Positions 56,521 through 64,000 of a DNA stretch of 64,000 nucleotides are shown here, in pieces (the stretch's first letter is position 1; every line of letters begins with the position of its first letter). The position numbers and the translations under genes are program-made. Origin of the DNA: Eledone cirrhosa (Eukaryota); assembly GCA_964016885.1 (NCBI GenBank), contig OZ024756.1, positions 35,464,001 to 35,528,000 on the forward strand. Direction: 5' to 3'. Under the pieces are notes generated by a model. The model was given only the letters and a program-made list of their open reading frames with translations. It had not been told where the DNA came from and made no database searches.

Positions 56521-56840
56521 ATAATTGTCACAAGTGTAGTGTTTGTACCAGAGTTTTTAAGTCGCTGGCTGGACTAAAAAGTCACACTTGTTCAGCGCAT
56601 CGGTAGGGGTTCTCCTACACGGATATAAAATAGTGGCTGTACTCGAAAACGAGTTGGCAGCCACCATGTATATATATATATATATATACATACATAATTG
56701 TCACAAGTGTAGTGTTTGTACCAGAGTTTTCAAGTCGCTGGCTGGACTAAAAAGTCACACTTGTTCAGCGCATCGGTAGGGGTTCTCCTACATGGATATA
56801 AAGTAGTGGCCATACTCAAAAACGAGTTGGCAGCCACCAT
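56521..56840 (+). mobile_element. 173-bp tandem duplication of a LINE 3' end encoding a C2H2-like finger (RTE-BovB-like)
   Basis: HKCSVCTRVFKSLAGLKSHTCSAH; copies start at 56521 and 56694, each ending in (TA)n. Confidence 0.65.
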
Positions 56841-57059
56841 ATATATATATATATATTGATATATATATATATATATAACGGCGATGAATTAGTTTTGCGA
56901 GGTTTTTTATATGAAATCGTGTGTCAAAACAAATATTGTTATACTTGGGGAGGGTCATATTCGTGTAATATTGCCAGAATTAATAACAGAACACACTCAC
57001 TGTTTGGTTGGTTTTCGCTTATATATATATACATATATACATACATGCATACATTAATA

Positions 57060-57771
57060 TATATGGTGGTGGTAGTAGTGGTGTTGTTGATGATGGTGAT
57101 GGTTGTGGTGGTGGTAGTAGTGGTGTTGTTGATGATGGTGGTGGTGATGGTTGTGGTGGTGGTAGTAGTGGTGTTGTTGATGATGGTGGTGGTGATGGTT
57201 GTGGTGGTGGTAGTAGTTGTGTTGTTGATGATGGTGATGGTTAATATATATGGTGGTGGTAGTAGTGGTGTTGTTGGTGATGGTGATGGTTGTGGTGGTA
57301 GTAGTGGTGTTGTTGATGATGGTGGTAGTGATGGTTGTGGTGGTGGTAGTAGTGGTGTTGTTGATGATGGTGGTGGTGATGGTTGCGGTGGTGGTAGTAG
57401 TTGTGTTGTTGATGATGGTGATGGTTGTGGTTGTGGTTGTGGTAGTAATGGTGTTGTTGATGATGGTGATGGTGATGGTTGTGGTGGTAGTAGTGGTGTT
57501 GTTGATGATGGTGGTGGTAGTAGTGGTGTTGTTGATGATGGTGGTGGTGATGGTTGCAGTGGTGGTAGTAGTGGTGTTGTTGATGATGGTGGTGGTGATG
57601 GTTGCAGTGGTGGTAGTAGTGGTGTTGTTGATGATGGTGGTGGTGATGGTTTTGTGTAGAATTTTAATAGTGAATTTTTTCACTGTTGTTGATATTGTTG
57701 TTGCTGTTGTTATTGTTGTTGTTGCTGTTGTTATTGTTGTTGTTGCTGTTGTTATTGTTGTTGTTGCTGTT

Positions 57772-57802
<31 letters not shown>

Positions 57803-59549
57803 TTGTTGCTGTTGTTGTTGCTGTTGTTGTTGTTGTTGCTGTTGTTTTTACTGTTGTTGTTGTTACTGTTGCTGTTGTTGCTGTTGTTACTTTTGTTGTT
57901 GTTGTTGTTGTTGTGGTTGCTGTTGTTACTGTTGTTGTTACTGTTGTTGTTGCTGCTGTTGTTGCTGCTGCATTTGTTGCTGCTGTTGGTGCTGCCTGTG
58001 CCAATTGTAGTTACTGTTATTGCTGCAGCTGCTGCTGCATGTGCCAACTGTTGCTGCTACTTCTGCTGCTGCAGACAACACTGTTGCTGCTGTTGCTTCA
58101 GCTCCTGCTGTTGTTGCCACCGCTGCTGCTGCTGCTGTTATTGCTGTTACTACTGCTGTTGCTTTTGTTGCTGCTGCTGATGCAGCTATTGCTGCTGCTG
58201 TTGCTGCTATTGCTGCTGCTGCTGCGACTGCTGCTGTTGTTGTTGCTGCTGTTGCTGCTGCTGTTGCTGCTGCTGTTGCTGCTGCTGTGCCAACTGTTGC
58301 TGTTGCAATGCAACAGATGCTACTCCCCTCCTCCTCTTCTCCCTGCAGCCACCACCACCACCACTACTACCACTACCACTACCATCACTACCACTACCAC
58401 CACCACCACTACCAGTACCACTACCACCACCACTACTACCACTACCACCACCACCACCACTACCACCACAACTACCACTACTACCACCACTACCACCACT
58501 ACTACCACCACTACCACCACCACCACCACCACCACCACCACCACAACCACAACCACCACAACCACCACCACCACAACCACAACCACCACAACCACCACCA
58601 CCACCACTACCACCACCACCACCACTACCACCACCACTACTACCACTATCACCACCACTACCACCACTACCACCACCATCACCACTACCACCACCACTAC
58701 CACTACTACCACCACTACCACCACTACCACCACTACCACCACCACCACCACCACCACCACAACCACAACCACCACAACCACCACCACCACAACCACAACC
58801 ACCACAACCACCACCACCACCACTACCACCACCACCACCACTACCACCACCACTACTACCACTATCACCACCACTACCACCACTACCACCACCATCACCA
58901 CTACCACCACCACTACCACTACTACCACCACTACCACCACTACCACCACTACTACCACCACTACCACTACCACCACTACCACCACTACCACCACCATCAC
59001 CACCATCACCACTACCACCACCACTACCACTACTACCACCACTACCACCACTACCACCACTACTACCACCACTACCACCACTACCACCACTACTACCACC
59101 ACTACCACCACCACTACCACTACTATCACCACCACTATCACCACTACCACCACCATCACCACTACCACCACCACTACCACCACTACCACCACTACTACCA
59201 CCACTACCACCACTACCACCACTACTACCACCACTACCACCACTACCACCACTACTACCACCACTACCACTACCACCACTACCACCACTACCACCACTAC
59301 TACCACCACTACCACTACCATCACTACTACCACTATCACCACCACTACCACCACTACCACTACCACCACTACTACCACTATCACCACCACTACCACCACT
59401 ACCACTACCATCACCACCACCACTACCACCACTACCACCACTACTACCACCACTACCACTACCACTACCACCACCCCACTGCAGTAGTTTTGTTGTTGTT
59501 GTATTAGACACACTACAGCTTCGTACAACAGTATAGCACTATATGCTGT

Positions 59550-59581
<32 letters not shown>

Positions 59582-60530
59582 ATGGTGGTTGTTGTTGAGG
59601 GTGGTGGTGGTGTTGGAGGTGGTGGTGGTGGTGGTGGAGGTGGTGGTGGTGGTGATGATGTTATTGCTGTTGTTGTTGTTGTTGTTGTTGTGGTGGTGGT
59701 GGAGAGATGGAGAGATGGAGTCTTGTAAACAATGATGATGATATCGAGAAAGATGTTGATGGTATTATTGATGTTACTGATGATGATGATGATGGCGATG
59801 GCGATGGTGATGGTGATGGTGGTGGTGATTGCGATGGTGGGGAAGGTGGTGATGGTGATAATGATGTTGATGATGATGATAGTGGTAATGATGATGATGA
59901 TGGTGATGGTGATGATGGTGATGGTGATGATGATGATGATGATGATGGTGATGGTGATGATGGTGATGGTGATGGTGATGATGATGATGATGGTGATGGT
60001 GATGATGATGATGGTGATGATGATGGTGATGACTGCAGTTATAGACAATGAAAACATGTGTAAAGCTTGCTACAACACAAGCCGACGTTGATCCTATTAA
60101 CTGTAAACACACTAACACAATAACAAACACGTTTACATACAAACATTTACACACTACATTACGCACTACCACATTACACACTACACACTACTTCACAACA
60201 CACTACCACACAACACACTACCACACAACACATTATACACTACACACTACCATACTACACACTACAACACAAGACATTACCACACAACATATTACACACT
60301 ACACACTACCCACAACATATTACACACTACACACTACCCACAACACATTACACATTACACACTACCACACAACACACTACACACTACCACACAACACACT
60401 GCACACTACCACACTATACACTACCACACTACACATTACCCACTACACACAACACACTACCACATTACACACTACCACATTACACATTACCACATTACAT
60501 GTTACCCACTACCCACTACCCACTACACAT
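57060..60530. repeat. long compound trinucleotide/low-complexity tract (GGT/GAT, TTG, GCT, CAC, GAT, CACTA)
   Basis: direct reading; source of the 745-aa and similar ORFs. Confidence 0.95.
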
Positions 60531-60759
60531 ATATCAACTGGTATTAAGTAGTACTGGGGTATACTCCTCGATAATCCTCACCACTACATGACTGGTATTT
60601 GGTGGCAGTGTGACACAGTCAACCTCATTATATCACTGGTACCATTTTTATCAAGCCCCAAAGAGAGAGATAAAATGCAAAGCTGACCAAATTCACATTA
60701 TAGTGGGACAAAAATTGAGTCTCTGACCGACATCACATTTGTTCAAAATCCTGTTCTTT

Positions 60760-61612
60760 AATAATAATAATGATGATGATGAAATTATTGTGTACAGTGC
60801 TCAGGTGCACTACAACTCATCAAAGGTGCAGGTATAGTACATAGAATAATATACAAATGTCTGGGAAATGAATAGTGTATGATTCATGATATACATGTGT
60901 ACGTGTGTATGGAGAGGGAATATTAGGTGTAGTGTTGGCGAATCTCAGGAAGCATGGAGGTTTTAAAGGATGCAGTGTCTTGACAGCTAACAACTGATGC
61001 AGGTAGTTTGTTCCATGGAGGTTTTAAAGGATGCAGTGTCTTGACAGCTAAATAACTGATGCAGGTAGTGTGTTCCATGGAGGTTTTAAAGGATGCAGTG
61101 TCTCGACAGCTAAACAACTGATGCAGGTAGTTTGTTCCATGGAGGTTTTAAAGGATGCAGTGTCTTGACAGCTAAACAACTGATGCAGGTAGTTTGTTCC
61201 ATGGAGGTTTTAAAGGATGCAGTGTCTCGACAGCTAACAACTGATGCAGGTAGTTTGTTCCATGGAGGTTTTAAAGGATGCAGTGTTTCGACAGCTAAAC
61301 AACTGATGCAGGTAGTTTGTTCCATGGAGGTTTTAAAGGATGCAGTGTCTCGACAGCTAACCACTGATGCAGGTAGTTTGTTCCATGGAGGTTTTAAAGG
61401 ATGCAGTGTCTCGACAGCTAACCACTGATGCAGGTAGTTTGTTCCATGGAGGTTTTAAAGGATGCAGTGTCTCGACAGCTAACCACTGATGCAGGTAGTT
61501 TGTTCCATGGAGGTTTTAAAGGATGCAGTGTCTCGACAGCTAACCACTAATGCAGGTAGTTTGTTCCATGCTTCAGCAACTCTGAGCGTGAAAAAATGTT
61601 TCCGAAAGTCAT
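60760..61612 (-). mobile_element. CR1/L2-group LINE 3' end with 10 x 61/62-bp internal tandem amplification (60953-61567)
   Basis: minus strand DFRKHFFTLRVAEAWNKLPA.VVSCRDTASFKTSMLPEIRQHYT*, 3' UTR and (CAT/TAT)n tail. Confidence 0.85.
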
Positions 61613-62004
61613 AGTTCACCTAAATCATGTTGTTGTTGCTATTGTTGCTGTTGTTTAGCCCTAGGTCATCCACGATCCAGTATACCTATGTAGATACACA
61701 TGGCATCATCATCATCACCGCTTAGCATCCATCTTTCCATGCTTGCATGGGTTAGACGGGTCATCCACGCAGGAAAGCAAGTCTGGCCAGAGTTGACCAT
61801 GCCGTACCTTGCCCCGACGAGGACTGTAAATTTGGCCAGGGATTTTCCAGCTGGATGCCCTTCCTAACACCAACTACATTTACATATCTATATAAACTGC
61901 TGTTGTTTTTTTAGCCCTAGGTCAGCCATGATCCAGCTCACCTGTGTAGATACACATGACATACCTATATAAACTACTGTTGTATTTTAGCCCTAGGTCG
62001 GTTG

Positions 62005-62525
62005 TGATGTAGAGATTCTGAGGTTGTCTTGTACATGTTAGCAGTAGTTCTGTCTCCACTTACCATGTAGAGATTCTGTGGCTGTCTTGCTATACATGTT
62101 AGTAATAGCTATGGCTCCACTTACCATGTAGGGGTTCTGTGGTTATCATGCTACATGTGGCAGAAATAGTTATGGCACCACTTACCATGTAGAGGTTCTG
62201 TGGATATCTTGCTACATGTGGTAGTAATTATGGCACCACTTACCATGTCGAGGTTCTGTGGTTGTCATGCTACATGTGGCAGCAATAGTTATGGTTCCAC
62301 TTACCATGTAGAGGTTCTGTGGTTGTCTTGTTATACATGTTAACAGTAGTTATGGCTCCAGTTAACCATGTAGAAGTTCTGTGGATGTCTTGCTACATGT
62401 GGTAGTAATTATGGCTCCCCTTACCATGTAGAGGTTCTGTTGTTGTCTTGCTATACATGTGGCAGCAATAGTTCTGGCACCAGTTAACCATGTAGAGGTT
62501 CTGTCAATGTCTTGCCACACATGTG
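62005..62525. repeat. ~59-62-bp diverged minisatellite, about 9 copies, with internal CATGTAG..CTACATG dyad
   Basis: direct reading. Confidence 0.85.
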
Positions 62526-62684
62526 GTAAAGGGACATGTAGAAATTCTAGCATTAGTTGACTCCAGTCATGTGGATGAGATATTCTATCCATCAACTACA
62601 TTTCTGGTGAAACATGTAGCTGTGTAGACATGTAAAGGTCTTTTAAGGGTTGGATTAGAATTTAACCTTTCTTTCACTTGCCAA

Positions 62685-62713
62685 ATCTCTCTCTCTCTAT
62701 CTCTATCTCTATT

Positions 62714-62744
<31 letters not shown>

Positions 62745-62862
62745 ATATCTCTCTCTCTATCTATCTATCTCTATCTATCTCTATCTATCTCTATCTATCT
62801 CACACACTCTCTCTCTCTCTCTCTATCTCTCTCTATCTATCTCTATCTCAAACACACAATCA

Positions 62863-62925
<63 letters not shown>

Positions 62926-63730
62926 TCTTTCTCTCTCACTCTCAGTTGTTTCTAATATTCCACACACATACAAACAAACACAACGCATTTGTACACTCAA
63001 ACACACAAACACACACACAAATTACACTCACATAGACTCATACACATATACTGAGCCATATCCAGTTACGCACATGCACATGCATTCACACACATACACA
63101 CACATACACACACCAATATACTCTCATAAACAGATTGTCAACTCACCAATTTCTCATCTCTCTCTCTCTCTCTCTCTCTCCCTCTCTCTCTCTCTGTCTT
63201 ACTATATTATTACTCTCTCCTTCTCTTCCACTCTCTATCTCAATATCTATCTATCTTTTTCTCTGTATCTCCATGTCTCTCTCCCTCTCTATATACCACA
63301 CTATCTCACTGTTTCTATCTCTCTATCTCTCTCCTTCTGTCAATCAATATATGTCTCATTGTTCTTTTCTCTCTCTATCTCTCTCTATATGTCACTACCT
63401 ATCTCTCACTACCTATCTCTCTCTATCTCTCTCTATATGTCACTACCTATCTCTCACTACCTATCTCTCTCTATCTCTCTCTATATGTCACTACCTATCT
63501 CTCTCTACCTCTCTATCTCCCACTATCTATCTCTCTATCTACCTCCCTCTCACACTCTCCCTATCTCTCAATCAATATATCTTATACTCTTCCTTTAACT
63601 CACTCCATCCATCCTTTCTTTCGCTCTCATCTATCCATGCTTTATTCCATCTCTCTCTCTCTCTCTTCACATTTTCCCCTTTCTTTAACCTCCTCTCTCT
63701 CTCTCTCTCTCTCTCTTACTTATCTATCTT

Positions 63731-63771
<41 letters not shown>

Positions 63772-63808
63772 TTACCTATCTAATCTATCTATCTATCAAC
63801 CTCTCTTG

Positions 63809-63844
<36 letters not shown>

Positions 63845-63845
63845 G

Positions 63846-63877
<32 letters not shown>

Positions 63878-64000
63878 AATTTCACATCTCTTTCTACTGT
63901 TGTTCCTCTCACTTACCCTCTCCACCTCTTACAACACAACCTTTCCATCTCCTCCTCTTCATCCTCCTCCTCCTCTTTCTCTGCCTCCCTCCCCTTCATT
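62685..64000. repeat. CT/CTAT-rich low-complexity tract
   Basis: direct reading. Confidence 0.9.

Noticed and set aside
56694-56779. C2H2 zinc-finger gene exon
   Set aside because: Single finger followed by a stop and (TA)n, duplicated in tandem; fits a LINE C-terminus better

Overview
Eukaryotic (animal) genomic DNA, very rich in microsatellites ((TA)n, (CA)n, (GA)n, (CAC)n, (TTG)n) and retroelement fragments. The tRNA-derived SINE types suggest an octopod/coleoid cephalopod (inferred from remembered consensus motifs, not a search). Almost all ORFs in the track are microsatellite artefacts. Real content: (1) the 5' end of a probable voltage-gated sodium channel gene of the Nav2/DSC1-like type on the + strand, with a clear exon at 53716-54037 and phase-compatible candidate upstream exons at 31940-31957, 45404-45459 and an alternative one at 46436-46569; (2) fragments of RTE, CRE, CR1/L2, R4/Dong-like and L1/Tx1-like LINEs, SINEs, pogo/Tigger-like ends and a Naiad-type Penelope-like (PLE) GIY-YIG remnant; (3) most strikingly, about 20 minimal type I hammerhead-ribozyme (HHR) motifs from roughly 8-10 sequence families. 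These sit in short (TA)n-flanked elements, many of them long fold-back inverted repeats, and have palindromic stem-III hexamers that differ between families and in some cases greatly extended stem II. Several transposon fragments have been amplified locally into 48-173 bp tandem arrays. Coordinates were read by eye and may be off by a few bases; base-pairing was checked manually.
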